A DNA stretch of 64,000 nt, from the NCBI RefSeq assembly GCF_009914755.1, contig NC_060936.1. One strand, written 5' to 3'. Below are positions 27,890 to 41,536 of this stretch, piece by piece (position 1 is the first letter of the stretch; each line of letters starts with the position of its first letter). The translations under genes and the position numbers were made by a program. The notes beneath the pieces are model-generated. The model did not search any database. It saw nothing but the letters and a program-made list of their open reading frames with translations, and was not told where the DNA came from. Source of the DNA: the human T2T-CHM13v2.0 reference genome, Homo sapiens.

Positions 27890-27999
27890 GGACTCTATGT
27901 GTTTTAAGAATTTCCTTGCAAATAATTGATATTTAAATCAATAAGGACTCTACGTGTTTTAAGAATTTCCTTGCAAATAATTGATATTTGAATCAATAA
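27890..27999 (+). repeat. 55-bp tandem duplication
   Basis: ggactcta[t/c]gtgttttaagaatttccttgcaaataattgatattt[a/g]aatcaataa twice, 2 mismatches. Confidence 0.97.
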
Positions 28000-28389
28000 T
28001 GCAAAGAAAAATGTTAAAATCTTCATAAAGGAAATTTCTTTCATTTATTTGTTAATAAAACATTAACATTATCCGCCTTATCCAAAACAATTGTTTCTCA
28101 TGTACAGTTTATGGAATGAAAAGCCACTGCTTATTTTAAATGAGTTCCTGTGTAACTGTCAAATTAAATGAACTAATTCTTACCTTTAGGCCTTTTCAAC
28201 ATTTTGTCATAACATTAGTTGTTTTAATGAACTGGTGGTAGATAGTTTAGTTATTTCCAATTTTTTTTATTGCGAGAAAGACCAACTAACTACCAAGTTA
28301 GCACATATTTTTACATTTTTCCTTGTACAGAGTTGAGCTTCAGGTAATTGTTTACTGTCTTTACATGAAGCTATTCTTTTACATATCTA

Positions 28390-28800
28390 GATCTGCTGAT
28401 GTCTGACACACTAGCTACTGGCCACATAGAATTATTGAAATTAATTAAAATTAAATTAAAAGTGTGGTGATCCTAGATAAATTTCATGTGCTCAATAGCC
28501 ACATGTGGTTTGTGGCTATCCTATTGCTCAGCACAAATATAGAATATTTTTATCATCACAGCCGTTGTATTACTTACTGCTTGTCTAGTCCAGGGTCAGA
28601 AAACCTTTTCTTAAAGTATTAGATAGTAAATATTTTAGGATTTATGGGACAAGAGGCAAAATTGAATCTATCATTTAGGTACTTATTTAACCATGTGAAA
28701 AAATCAACCCATTCAAATATGGAAAAACCATTCTTCACATGAAGGCTGTAAAAAACAGGCAATAGGCTGGATTCGAGCCATAATTTGCCTACTCGTGGTA
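28390..28800. mobile_element. Adjacent hAT-Charlie MITEs: MER3/MER33-like then MER58-like
   Basis: gtgctcaatagccacatgtggtttgtggcta, then cagggtcagaaaaccttttcttaaag...atagtaaatattttagg. Confidence 0.7.
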
Positions 28801-28804
28801 TAGA

Positions 28805-29030
28805 TCATTCAATCCTATATTCATTAAGCACATCTTTATTGAGCGCCTCTATCTTTTAAGCAGTGGCCTAAATATTAAGCTTAGTGAACAGAGAAACAGT
28901 TCCAACTCTCCTGGGGTTCAAAACATAACAGAAAAGACATATCAAAAATTAGACAATTATTCAATTGTTATAATTTGACAAGTACAACGAAGGAAATGTA
29001 GAAGATGTGCAGGGAAAACTAAACCAGCCT
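28805..29030 (-). mobile_element. L2 3' end fragment
   Basis: tttattgagcgcct...gtgaacagagaaacagttcc. Confidence 0.55.
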
Positions 29031-29939
29031 AAAAATTAACTTGACCCTAAAAATTATCTGCAACTAATATTATGTTTTAATATGTGCCAAGTGCTGTTTA
29101 TTTTAAACTTTCCAACTGATCTACGTGAAAAAGATGCTGTATACATTAATGAATCCAGCTAATATTTTTAATGGATTAATGTTCAGATGTATAATGTTCT
29201 CATAAACCATCTGTTCTATAAATCTGAAATAATGGTACATCTAATGATAAAAATGATGTTTGAAAAAATAATATTTGTTGATATTTATAATTTTCTTTTA
29301 CTTTTCTTTATCTAGAATCTTTTGTAAGAATAAAAATGTATGAATTGAATGTTTCCTTGTAATCAGAAAAACTTGCCACAGATTACTCCTAATAGGGCCC
29401 GTACTTTCTATTAATTGCTTTAATCAAAATTCAAATTGAGTTCCTCATTAAATAAAATATTGTGATGCACATAAAACCAGCCAACTTTGACAGACTTTTT
29501 TTAGGACACATGACTTCTTTTTATTTATGAAAACTCAGTACATATAGTCAGCAAAGCAAAATAAAAATATATTCTCCATGATCCCTATACTAGCAATGTT
29601 CCTCAATATTATATTTGAGTTTCTTAGGCCTTTCTGGCATTTTGCAGTTTACTTAAATGCTGCCTTTTTATTGTTAGTGTCAAGAACTTTATATAAATCT
29701 AAATATTTGATCACTGAGCATGTGTGTGTAAGAGAGACTTGAGCAAGCAGAAATCATTTTAAATTGGGCACACGCCCTAAATGACAAATAGGCCAAATTG
29801 AAATTGCTTTTAGAGATTAAATCATGTGCCACATATCTGCTTTGTTGCAATAAATAAACCCCAAACTGTTAATTATGGCATTTATATATCAAGATGAGGA
29901 TGAAATAAAGAGAATGAAATATTTCCCAAGGTCATAACA

Positions 29940-30706
29940 TTGAATGTTTATTCTTCAGTTTCACTAAAATTAACAGGCCCAGAAGTAAATCCTTCTACTG
30001 TCTCAGAGTTACATTGTTCTTTCCTGGTGACAAATTAAGTGTTCCAAGAAATTATAATTTGACATTCCCTTTATATTTTCTTAGAACAATGCATGTTGGA
30101 ATGATGCCAAGAATATTGGAATTTAAAACCAAATAAAAAAAAGTAATGACTGAGTCCATCAAGAAAAAAAGATTCTGCCTCTGAATTGCTAGCTGCAGCA
30201 CTGCTTTTTGATCACTTTTGCACAATTCGTAGCATAGAGCTGCTACTGTTGTTCTTTAATACAGCTTTTTACATATAAATTAGCTTCTGGTGCCCTCAAG
30301 GTAAATGTCCTCAGTTTATCTTTATTGAGAAAAAAAAAGTGATAGCCATTTAATTTACAGGATTGAAGCCCTTCCACAGTAATAAGGTCTTGCTGTCATC
30401 TGGGGAGAAGTCATAAGGGATTTTGACCACTGGTGTACATTTTCCTTGTGGAACATGGAACTTCTAAGCATCTGATGATAAATTCGTAGATTCTTTTATC
30501 CTGTGCATCCTCCATCTTCCTCCTTCATCTTTAGGAAGGGGCTAGGCTCCAACTCGCTCACACAATACCATCACCACTGAACTTGGCGGTACTCTTCCGA
30601 TGATTTCCATTTGTTGGAAACTTGACACAGGAATTGGTGTTGGTGCAGAGGTGGAAGACGGACACAGTCTGCTGCTGAGGCCATAAGAGGTGATAATATA
30701 GATGCA
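29940..30706 (-). pseudogene. Possible processed-pseudogene fragment, parent unidentified
   Basis: Frame 30706-30350 has only two internal TAG stops, followed by 3' UTR-like sequence and AATAAA near 29950; protein-likeness is a subjective impression. Confidence 0.3.
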
Positions 30707-30759
30707 TTAGGCTGTCTAGTACCTACACCACCCTTTGTTTCTACATGGAATCTTCGTCA

Positions 30760-31150
30760 GTTAGATCAGTATGTCCTAATACTGATTCTTGAGGTCTCAC
30801 CACATCCAAATGTTGTTTGGCACAGTTTCTACTTGCATTTCCACCATATCTTATGTCATTGAGGCCCCTCAGTTTTCTTACTGAGTCTATCAGCCCCACA
30901 GGAAAGCTCAAAATTTTGCCAGCATCTCCTTTCCCCCAGCAGAAGCTCCCTGCTGGGTTAAGATCAATCCTCAGCCACTAGGGAAAATGACAACCAAAAA
31001 TTGCCAGCTTGTTTCAGAGTGATTCTCCTTTCCTTGGAATTTTTGTTCGTTCTGTTTTCTTACTCTGATATCTTTAAAAATGTGTTTATTTGTGGTTTAT
31101 TTGCCTTTTTCTGGTTGTTGCAGTGTGTTGGCCTGTGGTGACCTGCCTGA
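30760..31150 (-). mobile_element. Old L1M 5'-region relic
   Basis: ttttctggttgttgcagtg and ctcctttccttggaattttg resemble antisense L1ME 5' ends. Confidence 0.4.
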
Positions 31151-31469
31151 CAACAGACCTACTAATTTCATTTCAACATGCTGACGTATGTCTACTGTAC
31201 CTCATCAATGGCTCTGTTCTGCAGAGCAAAAGGAAAACCTACCACAATGCATTTGATTCGATGAAGAGATAGAACTTAGTACAGAGTTGTATTGCTTAGA
31301 GTTTGGAAACAAACTATAATCATTTTTATTGGTATATGTTTGAAGTTACCACAGAGGCACAAAACTTTTTTTAAAAAATCAAGCACACACAAAGAAACAA
31401 AAGTTGAAAGTTGTTCACTGGTAACCTATCTTTTTAAAAAATAGTGCTAAAGAAAGGAATTCCTGGGAA

Positions 31470-31471
<2 letters not shown>

Positions 31472-31511
<40 letters not shown>

Positions 31512-31512
31512 A
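31472..31512 (+). repeat. (AT)n(GT)n microsatellite
   Basis: Seen directly. Confidence 0.95.
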
Positions 31513-31834
31513 TTTATTGTGTATATATATTTACATTCTTATTTTAGACAGAACTATTCATATGCATTTTATTAATAAAATGTTTAGGAACCCACTTCCC
31601 ACCTTCATATGTGTGCTTTTAACTTTTGAGCATCAGGAGTAACAACTGAGGAAAACGTCTAAGCGTGTTAAGTCTGCTCATACACCCTCATTTATCCCCC
31701 AACAATACACACACAACCTGCATGTATATACATAAATGGTACTTAATGGCATGTGAATTTTATCAGCTTACTCTATTCTGTTGAATGCTTTAAGGCACAG
31801 ATTAATATTCTTACAAATTGTTTTATATATTTTA

Positions 31835-32090
31835 AATATACTTTTTACTTCAAGATAATTTTAGACTTACAGAAAAGTAGGAAAAAGAGTTCTCATATAC
31901 CTCTTACCCCAGTTTTCTCTAATGTTACACCTTACATTCCCACAGCGTGTGTGTCAAAAGTAAAAAAGAAACATTGGATTATTACCATATTAACTTAACT
32001 CCAGACTTTATTTGGATTTCAACAGTTTTCCATTAATGTCTTCTTTCTCTTTCATGACCTAATTCAGAATACCACATTGTATATAGTGTT
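31835..32090 (-). mobile_element. L1MC-type 3' fragment
   Basis: ataattttagacttacagaaaag...cagactttatttggatttc...taccacattgtatatag. Confidence 0.75.
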
Positions 32091-32846
32091 TTGTGATTTT
32101 TTAAAAAAATGGATGTTTTATAAGGTTCCACATTTTTTAATTCAGTGTCTTGTTTGTGCTTCTATATAAGCATTTAATGCAACAGTGTTCATCTGAGTAT
32201 TGCTTTTGAGTGCCAAAATACCATGTTTTTCACACTCCAAACTCTCAGGAAGGCTTCCGAAGACAACTTGTCCCTTATTTATAATACTATATATTAAAGT
32301 AACTGAAAGTATTCAAAATAATGCTTACTTTGTGCAGAGTCCATGAACTCTAACCAAAATACATAAATGTCAAATTTGAGCAATACATTTTGATTGATTT
32401 TAAAATTCCATTTGAGGCACTACTTTTCTGAATAGATGCCCAAGGAAAATATTTTAAAATATTGTTGTATTAAAAAATTGTTTCCTATAGAATCTGAAAA
32501 GTTCTTTAGGTAGACTTTTAGTAAAATGTTTGAACAGTTTAAATGCTATTTCAGACTGTCAGAATGATGAATGTTTTTAAATTATTTTCATAATGATTTA
32601 TCACTCCAGTTTACAGTACTTGAAAAATTTTTTTCGCTTCACCTAAATAACTGGCATTTTTGTGTTATGTTCTTTTCCTCGTTTTATACTCTGCTCTGAA
32701 GCACTTTCAAATTAAAAAAAGAACAGTATTGTATTCTAGGGCCATTAGTGAATGTGCATGAGCTATTATAGTCAATGAAATAAGCATTATATGATTGAAG
32801 ATTAACTAAGAAAATGGATTATGGTGTAATTAAAAACACCAAGATA

Positions 32847-33153
<307 letters not shown>

Positions 33154-34029
33154 AAAAACACCAAGATATTCCTGGAAAAGCTATGAAAATATGTTTTTCA
33201 GTTAAGGGGAAGCACTTATCAATGCTGCCAGTCCTGGTAAAGATTGTCAACTCTAACATAATATAAAGCAGGCATTTCTTGTAATAAATATGAAGAGGAT
33301 ATTAGCCTTGATCTTAGCATAACTCTCTTCCAGGTAGGACTCCAGCTTCTGAAAGTAATTTTGTAATGCTCATCAACTGAAGATGACTGTAAAGCTTGGC
33401 ACCAGTTCCTGGAGGCAGCCATGTTTCTGATTAAAGTCTGGGCCTAGAGAGCTGTATGGAAAGGTTTGGAATAGAGGTGATTTAGCCTAAAGAAAATTGC
33501 TAAACCATGGGTTACACACTGGTGGCCTGTAGTCCTATTTTGTTAGACACAGACAATGGATTTTATTTGTTTTTCATATTTGAATTAATTTCTGAATTCT
33601 TGAATATTGGCAGATTATGCTACAGGAATCTAAATTACTCTCATTTCTGCATGTCATTAAAAAAGTAGAGATGAGTAGCAGGCCCCTTTTCCCTGGGGCA
33701 TGTGCTTCCCAGCTACATACACAGCACCCACCACACCAGAGTTTCCCTACCTGGCAACTACCAGTTATCATCACTCCTTAAGCAGCTGTTTTCTTACAGT
33801 GAAGAAGTTCCGTTTCCATGGTGCTATCAAAAGTAAGAAAAGGAACTATAGTTTGAGAGGCTGTGTTCTTAACCCATTGATGCTCCTAATGGGCCCTGAA
33901 GATATTTGACCTTGTGACCATGTGTAATAAGGTGATACATGTTCATCAAATTGTGGTGTCCTCCTCCCCTGACTTTCAAATGGAATTCAGATACAATTTT
34001 TACCCTTATTACGATTACCTACAATTATA

Positions 34030-34225
34030 ATTATGCTACTTCTAAGTATATGACCTGGGGCAAGTTTCTTGACCTCTCTATGCCTCACATTCCTCAACCA
34101 TAAATAGGGGATAAAAATAGTACCTATATCATAGAGTTGTCAAAAGAATTACATGAGTTAATGTGTGGAAAGCACTGAAGATAGTGCCTGGTAAATACAA
34201 TGTACCATGTAAGTGTTCACTGTTG
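34030..34225 (+). mobile_element. MIR
   Basis: tgacctggggcaagtttcttgacctctctatgcctc...ggaaagcactgaagatagtgcctgg. Confidence 0.8.
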
Positions 34226-34483
34226 CAGTCCTCATTTATTTTCTGATTATACTAACATTTCACTTATTCTGTGTTGCTCATGTCACCTCCTAATTTGTAA
34301 GTGACTGGTAGAAAGAAACTTGTCCCAAGGGTATCTGACCTTCACCCACACTCAGCACTTCCATCAGTCTGCATCAGTTTTAGGGCCTGGAGATGTATTT
34401 GCACATATTGAAGGAGGTAAATAACTACAGTGAATAAGATAACATTCAGAAATTCAGGACTGCGACCTTAGAGATCATCTAGT

Positions 34484-34780
34484 CCAGGAGTTGGCAAGCT
34501 TTTTCTGTATGGGACCAGACTGTAAATATTTTGGCTTTGTGGCCATATTGTCTCTGTGGCAACTACTCAACTCTGCTGGTGCAATGCAAAAGAAGCCATG
34601 GGTTATATGGAATGAATAGGTGTGGCTGTGTTCCAATAACACTTTATTTATAGACACTGAAATTTGAATTGCATATAATTTTCACATGTCATTAAATATT
34701 ATTCTTCTTTTGATTTTTTTTCAACCTTTTAAAAATGTAAAAACCATTCTCAGCTCTGGGCTATAAAAAACAGGTGGAAG
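34484..34780. mobile_element. MER58B-like hAT MITE
   Basis: caggagttggcaagctttttctgta...gtaaatattttggctttgtggcc...caactactcaactctgc. Confidence 0.85.
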
Positions 34781-34799
34781 ATTTCACCCAGGAATTCCA

Positions 34800-34952
34800 C
34801 CTGGGGATTTTTGTTGAACAGTGAAGCTACCTGGGCCCCACTCCAAACCCATTGAATAAAAATCTCTGGGTGGTGGGGCAATGGAATCTGTGCTGTGAAC
34901 ATGCGTGTGATCCCTACCAGTGTGGCTCTAGGGACCACACTTTAAGAAACTA
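34800..34952. mobile_element. MER5A-like hAT MITE
   Basis: cctgggccccactcc...aatctctggg...ggaccacactttaagaaac. Confidence 0.65.
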
Positions 34953-36499
34953 CCCAAGTGTGGAGACTTTATGGCCCTCCTCACAGATCTAAAAATGATT
35001 TATTAAGGTTGGTTATAACAAGTACCACACTGCAAATATGAATATGATCACTTTTGTCTTAAATTACTTAAATTTACTCTTCACATTCTCTTATTTTTAT
35101 TATCAAAATTTCTTGTAGACAAAGGTCATTATTTTCTTCTACTATGTTTAAGGAATGTGACAGCACCTTGAACTTACCCTAAAATCACTGTACATTAGAG
35201 AAATCCTATTTCATGTTTTCATCAATGTGGGAATATGTGCATGTTTAGTGACATTCTTTGTGGTGGCAAAAAGTAAAATAAACTCTGAAAATAACTTTGT
35301 CCTGGTGAATAAATTGTGGTGCATAATTACATAAATTATGATGTCTGTATGTAAAAGAATGTGTTTAGCTACATGTACTGCCCTCGGGGAGGGATGTCCA
35401 TCACATACTGATAACAACAACAACAAAAAAAGCAAAATGCAGAATAAAGTTTACAATACAATTTCATTTTCATGAAAAAAGGAAATACATGGATAATATT
35501 GGTTACCTCGGGCAGTTAAGACCAGATAGGGAAGTGGTGGGGGATAAAAAAGCATTTAACTTTTTCTTTAAACACATCTTTATTAACTTTTATAGTAATT
35601 ATTTTTAAATAGAAAAATTGTAAGTGCAATTGGGAACAAAACCTCATCCTTTATAGTCTATTTGGTACACACATCCATTTCCCTGATAAGAAAGAGAACT
35701 CAGCTTCTAACACTCACAGACTCAGGCAAAGTAGAAAGATTTAACTTACTTATAATGTGAATTCACCTGCAAAATAACTTCATCATCATATTTTTTTGCT
35801 AAAGGGGAGTTATATTTATATAAAGCTCATCTAACGTCAAGTAGAGTCCTGACTTAGAATAAGCCTTGCTTTGACTAAATAAGTCAGAAAGAGGCAATCC
35901 ATTCTGCTATTTTGGTCTTTATTTTCAATACACAGAGTATAATTTTCATAGGCCATGATTTGTTCCATTACAGAAAGTTTCTCAGAAAACTAATCCATCC
36001 AAATAATTGCTAATTACACAGCTCATGTTAGGCTTTCACTTTGCCCTCATATTTTTTAACAACAGATTTCATAAGAGTTGTGGAGAGCACGATTATCAAA
36101 TGCTCAACTAAATTATTCTGTCTCATTTGGGCACAATTGTCATTTCTATGTAATTATATATGAGCATTAGGTGACTCATGCTTTCTAAAGTAAAAAAAAA
36201 ATAGATCAATCTAATAAATCTATTAAGCACCCAAAATTAAATATGCTTAAATTTAAAGTAAAAATTTTTAGACAAAAAGGAGAACTTCATTCTCTAATTG
36301 CAATTTGTTCATTTGTTCACACATCATTTATTGAGTGTTTACTATGGCAGGACGTGTGCTAGTAAACTTATATGTACTATTGCCCAAAATGATTACTCAT
36401 CCTCTTTTTACTCAGTAGAAAAAAGAAGCTTGGAAAAGTTAGCTTACGTAGTCATATACTAATAAGAGCACAAGTAGAGATTTAACTCAGATCTGTGGA

Positions 36500-36715
36500 G
36501 CAAAATTATTACAGCAGAGTGCCAGCAATTATTCTAGGTACTTTATAAATATTAATGCATCAGATCATCATAATGATTCCCAAGGTAGAGACTTGTGTAC
36601 ATACCATTTTGCAGGTGGGTTCATTCCCACAGAGGGAGGCTAAGTAAATGGCAGAGCTGGAATTCAAACCCAGGCAGCCAGACTCCAGAGGCCTTGCTTT
36701 GAACCACCACTAGAT
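36500..36715 (-). mobile_element. MIR
   Basis: gtaaatggcagagctggaattcaaacccaggcagccagactccagag. Confidence 0.75.
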
Positions 36716-36913
36716 GGCCTTTTCCATCCTAATGGCTTGTTGGTCCCATTGCACTGGTCTGCTTAGGAAGGCAAACAGACACATGAGGACAGAATAGAAT
36801 GAATTAAGTATGGTGGTCAACCACTGTGGCTATAGCATTTGGACCTCTGTCACATTTAGTGATGAAAATTCAGTGCAATGCCTTAAGGAAGAAAAGAGGG
36901 GAAGGAATTATCA

Positions 36914-37336
36914 TGCTATGGACTGAATGGTGTCCCCTCCAAATTTATATGCTGAAGCCCTAACCCCTAATGAGACAGTATTTGTAGATAAGGCTTATAA
37001 ATAGGTAATTAAGGTTAAATGAGGTAATAAGGGTAGAGACCCAATATGACACGATTAGTGTTCTTATAAGAACTAACACCAGAAGGCTCACTTAAGTGCT
37101 TGCACTTTGGTTCACTCTCTCTCTCTGCCTCAGCATGCACAAAGAAGAGGGCATGTGAGCACACAGTAAGATGGCAGCTTCCCACAAGGCAAGAGAAGAG
37201 GCCTCAGAATTAAACCTACCTTCCCAGCATCATGATAGGAAATTTCCAGCCTCCATTACGTTGAGAAATAAATTTATGTTGTTTAAGCCATCCAGTCTAT
37301 GGTATTTTGTTATGGCAGCCCGAATAGACAAAGACT
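36914..37336 (+). mobile_element. MLT1A-type MaLR solo LTR
   Basis: tgctatggactgaatggtgtcccc...aataaatttatgttgtttaagcc...ttgttatggcagcc. Confidence 0.88.
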
Positions 37337-37339
37337 CAC

Positions 37340-38135
37340 TGAAACGAGATAGTTCCCTTGATCTCTTCACAGGACTCATGAAGAAGTTGGCTCATTTACT
37401 CAGCCTGCAGCTCTCAAGCCTTCACAGGAGGGGGAGCATGCAGGTGAGCAGGTGCAGAGGCCAGATCGAGTGCTCCTGGGTGCCAACAGGAGTATAACTC
37501 TGTGCTGCCCCATGGTGGTATCTTGTAGGGTACCTGTAACCTGCGGAGCCCCAGAGTGGGTGTGTTACAATGTGCTCTTTTAGCTTTGCCATTCACGGAT
37601 GGCTTAAGTGTTTAATAGCTCAGTGGAGGGTCAGGGTGATATCCTTTTGCATGTACCCTCTTGGTACCTGAGTTCTTGTCTGGTATCCAGGAAGAATCAG
37701 GTTGCACAAACAAATTGAAGAGTGGAGAATGTGGAGGATTTTATTGAGTGGTGGAAGTGGCTCTCAGCAGGATGGGGAGCTGGAAAGTGGATCGAGTGGG
37801 AAGGTAGTCTTCCCCTGGAGTTCCTCTGTCCCCGGCCAAACTCTTCTCCAAAGTCCTGCCATCAAGCTGTGCCTTTGAAGTCAAGCTGCTTCTCTCTGAT
37901 GTCTGCCTGCCTCATCTCTCCCTCTCTGCCGCTCTGCCACACTGCAGTTCTGCCAGTGAAGCCTGGGGTTTTTATGGGTACAGGATGGGGTGTGGGGAAG
38001 GCCATAAGGCAACATTTGAGTGGAAAAACAGGAATACATGTTCTCACTTTGGGCCACAGTCCCAGGCTTGAAGGTATGGCCCTCACCAGGGACTGCCCTC
38101 TTCTACCCGGTATTTCCCTGGCTCCTGTCCATATA
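37340..38135 (-). mobile_element. ERV1 solo LTR, LTR27/LTR28-like
   Basis: Minus strand starts atggacaggagccagggaaataccgggtagaagagggc, the LTR1/27/28/MER52 group start; explains ORFs 37722-38201 and 37862-38242. Confidence 0.8.
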
Positions 38136-38139
38136 AATA

Positions 38140-38520
38140 TCATGGCTCTGAAAAGTCCTGGGATTAAACACTCCCCGTTAACATGGGATCCTAGTGCATA
38201 ATTATAGTGAAATCTCAGGGGGAGGAATGCTTCTTTCCCCATAGTTCTAAAAAAGAGTTGCAGTTGAGCCTTACTGGCCTAGCTTAGGTCAGAAATTTAT
38301 CCTTCAACCAATTATTATGGCAAAGGCAATGTATGCAGTGATTGGCTAAGCCTGGGCTAGTTATCTATCCCTGCAACCCCTAGCCTCTGGTCAGCCCCTT
38401 CTGAACAACAGGCTGAGGATGGGGTGGGGAGGCTTCCCAAAAGGAAATCAGAATGACTGTACCGGGAGAGAGAGAGAGAGAGAAAGGGATGCCAAGAAGG
38501 CAATATCACTCAAGTCCACC
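38140..38520 (-). mobile_element. Old MLT1 fragment
   Basis: tactggcctagcttaggtca...caaccaattattatggc...gtgattggctaagcctggg. Confidence 0.55.
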
Positions 38521-39499
38521 AGTGTTACAAACCTACTAGGCCATTAATTCCCAATCACAGCTATGTGCTGAAATGATCCAGGAGTTTGTTAAAACAAAAA
38601 CAAAAACAAAAAACTATGCCAAAGGCTTACCTTCAGATATTCTGGTTAGATGCTTTTCCTCAGAACTCTTTCTACAGAAACCAAAGACCCTAAGATACTT
38701 TTTTTTTTTTTTAGTAGCTTAATGCTGAGGTTCAGCCTTTTCAGGTATAGGTTATTAGAAACTAATGAAAGAGTCCCAATTCAACCACTATTTAATATCT
38801 GTTTAAAATGCTCCTCAAATGCACCCATGTAGCAAAAATGATAATATTCCTTCCCATAAAAATTAAGGAGTAGAAGAAAATTATTCTTTGAGAAGCAAAT
38901 TATAAGATCTATAATCAATGGATTACAGTATAAATATGCAAAGCAATCTAAAGGAGCCAGAAAGGAGTTTAAGGCCAGCAGGACAACAAGCACACAATGC
39001 ATTCTTATCACTGTATTTTGTGAATTTTCATGAATTCATGGTCAGCTTTGGTGCCAATAATGTGCACTCCCAACAGGAAAAGAGCTACAGTGCAGCCTTC
39101 TCTCCTCCAAGTATTGATCATTGCCAAATTTGCTAATTTTAGTACTGCCATTGATATCTTATTTCTGTATTTCTGGTTTTTTGCTTGTGTAAGCAATAAA
39201 CATGGAAAAAAAATCTAACTGAAACAAGAAGTAAGAAACAAGAAAAAGAAAGAATGTAGACCTCAGAAGAACTGTGAATCCCCATTTTTCATCACTGCTA
39301 AATTCCTAGCTGAAGAAACTGCAGGGGCCTTCAAAGAAAAGGGAACTGAGTGTGTTTTATTTGGGACAGTGGTCTTCAGCTCATAGGAGTGCCTAAACAT
39401 CTATGAATATAGGTATTTACAGAGGTGTTAGTCTTGCCCTGAAACTGTCAGGAGAAAAAATGGAAATGAGAGGTTAAGTAGTGATGGGAAAATAGTTAC

Positions 39500-39780
39500 A
39501 ATATTCTCTTAGCTGGAAGCAACAGAAAATAATTCTGTCCTCATATTTAAACAGAAATTGAGTTTATTAAAAGAATAAAGGCTAGCTCATAGAAGGACCT
39601 TATGATAGAAACACCAGGCTTAGAATGTGAAAAGAAACAAGGTCAGACCAGAGCCAAAATCATGCCACAAGCCAATCTGATGATGACACCACTGGTTCAC
39701 CATGGGAATCTGCGCCTTGAAGTCTGCTCCTCCCACGTTGGGCACTATGGGCCATTGTCACATGCATTACATGGACCACA
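39500..39780 (-). mobile_element. Old MLT1 fragment
   Basis: ctcttagctggaagcaacagaaa...gagtttattaaaagaata. Confidence 0.45.
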
Positions 39781-40130
39781 TTATGCACATTCATTACAGA
39801 CAGTGATTTTTAGAACAGCAACTCCTTCATATAAGAAAAGTCAATTGCAACCATACTGCTTATATTTAACTTATTTAAAGAATGTGAAATTTATCAATGT
39901 CTAATAAAAATTAAAATGTTCACAACTTATACAGTAATTCATTTTGGGAGTATATGCCTTGGTGAAATCCACTCAGAATACACAAGAATCAACATATCCA
40001 AGGATGTTCATTGAAGAATAATTTTCCTGTTCAAATTTTTTATCAGTGGCTTAAAAGAGGAATTAAAAGAATTCCTACAAACTATCAAAGGTAAAAGATG
40101 GGATAGAGAAAAAAATAACTATAAAAATTA

Positions 40131-40450
40131 GGCTGAGTGCAGTGGTCCATGCCTGTAATCTCAGCACTTTGGGAGGCCAAGGTGAAGGATTGTTTGAGCC
40201 CAAGAGTTTGAGACCATCCTGGGCAACAAGTGAGACCCTGTCTCTACAATTTTTTTTAAACTAGCCAGATGTGGTAGCATGTACCTGTAGTTCCAGTTAC
40301 TCAGGAGGCTAAGGTGGGAGGATTCCTTGAGCCCAGAAGGTTAAGGCTTCAATGAGCTGAGATCATACCACTGCACTGTAGCCTAGGTGACACAGCGAGA
40401 TCCTGTCTCTAAAATAAAAAGTAAATAATACATAAATACAAAAATAAATA
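40131..40450 (+). mobile_element. AluJ
   Basis: ggattgtttgagcccaagagtttgag and ggtgggaggattccttgagcccag are J-type diagnostics; (TAAA)-type tail. Confidence 0.93.
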
Positions 40451-40569
40451 TCAGTTTTTCTGAATCAGAAAGGGGATTCCAAATATTTGTAAAAGCCTGG
40501 AACAGTAGAATAAAACCAACAAAATAGAGTCAAAAATGATACATTTTTTTCTTTTATTTTTCAATAACC

Positions 40570-40990
40570 AACTGTATAAGTACAGGAGGAGCAAGACTTG
40601 ACTTGTGGGATTTTTCTTATAAAAATAACTTGATAGGTTTGAGTTGAACACAAACCTAATATACGTGTTATGACAGCTGAATGGGCTCAGCTCTTAGGTT
40701 ACATGTGGGCCTTGTGTCCAACTAAGGAAGATGTAACTGTCTTCCAATACTATGTAGAAGACAGATAACACTGAAAACCATAGAATGTCAGTTAAGCATG
40801 AGATATATTCTTCTGGGGAGTAAAAGATGAACAAATTGATAAAAATTATATGAATATGGATTTTGTTTTAGTTTAAGAAATAACTTTCTGGCATCTGTAG
40901 GTTTCCAATAGTTTAGAGAAGTAGTAAGTTACTACTTAAAGTTATCAAGAAGAAACTTGATGGTTGTCTATTCTATATTTGGTGAGAGAT
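40570..40990 (+). mobile_element. L3/CR1-like relic
   Basis: aagtacagg...ttgagttgaacacaaacctaatat and gtcttccaatac resemble CR1 RT 3' region. Confidence 0.4.
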
Positions 40991-41237
40991 TTTAAATATT
41001 TTAAATTTTCTTAATTTTTTTCATTCAAAATTTTTATTTTTTAGGTAAGAACATAGGCCTGCAGATTAAAGAAGAAAGAATACCAATAGCTTTGAGAAAA
41101 TACTACATTCAAGGTTCTTCATCTAATTAATCTTAATTAGAAACCATGGGACAAAGCAAAAGGAATATCCCCACTGAGAAGTACTAAAGGTGAAGAGAGA
41201 GATAAAAAATGGTTATTTTAAAATTTTATCCCATCCT

Positions 41238-41536
<299 letters not shown>

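Noticed and set aside
30301-30360. GT...AG 60-nt intron-like interval on plus
   Set aside because: Shorter than typical minimal human introns, and downstream frames hit stops quickly
37171-38242. ORFs of 108-159 aa
   Set aside because: Lie in GC-richer solo LTR sequence; no gag/pol/env similarity seen
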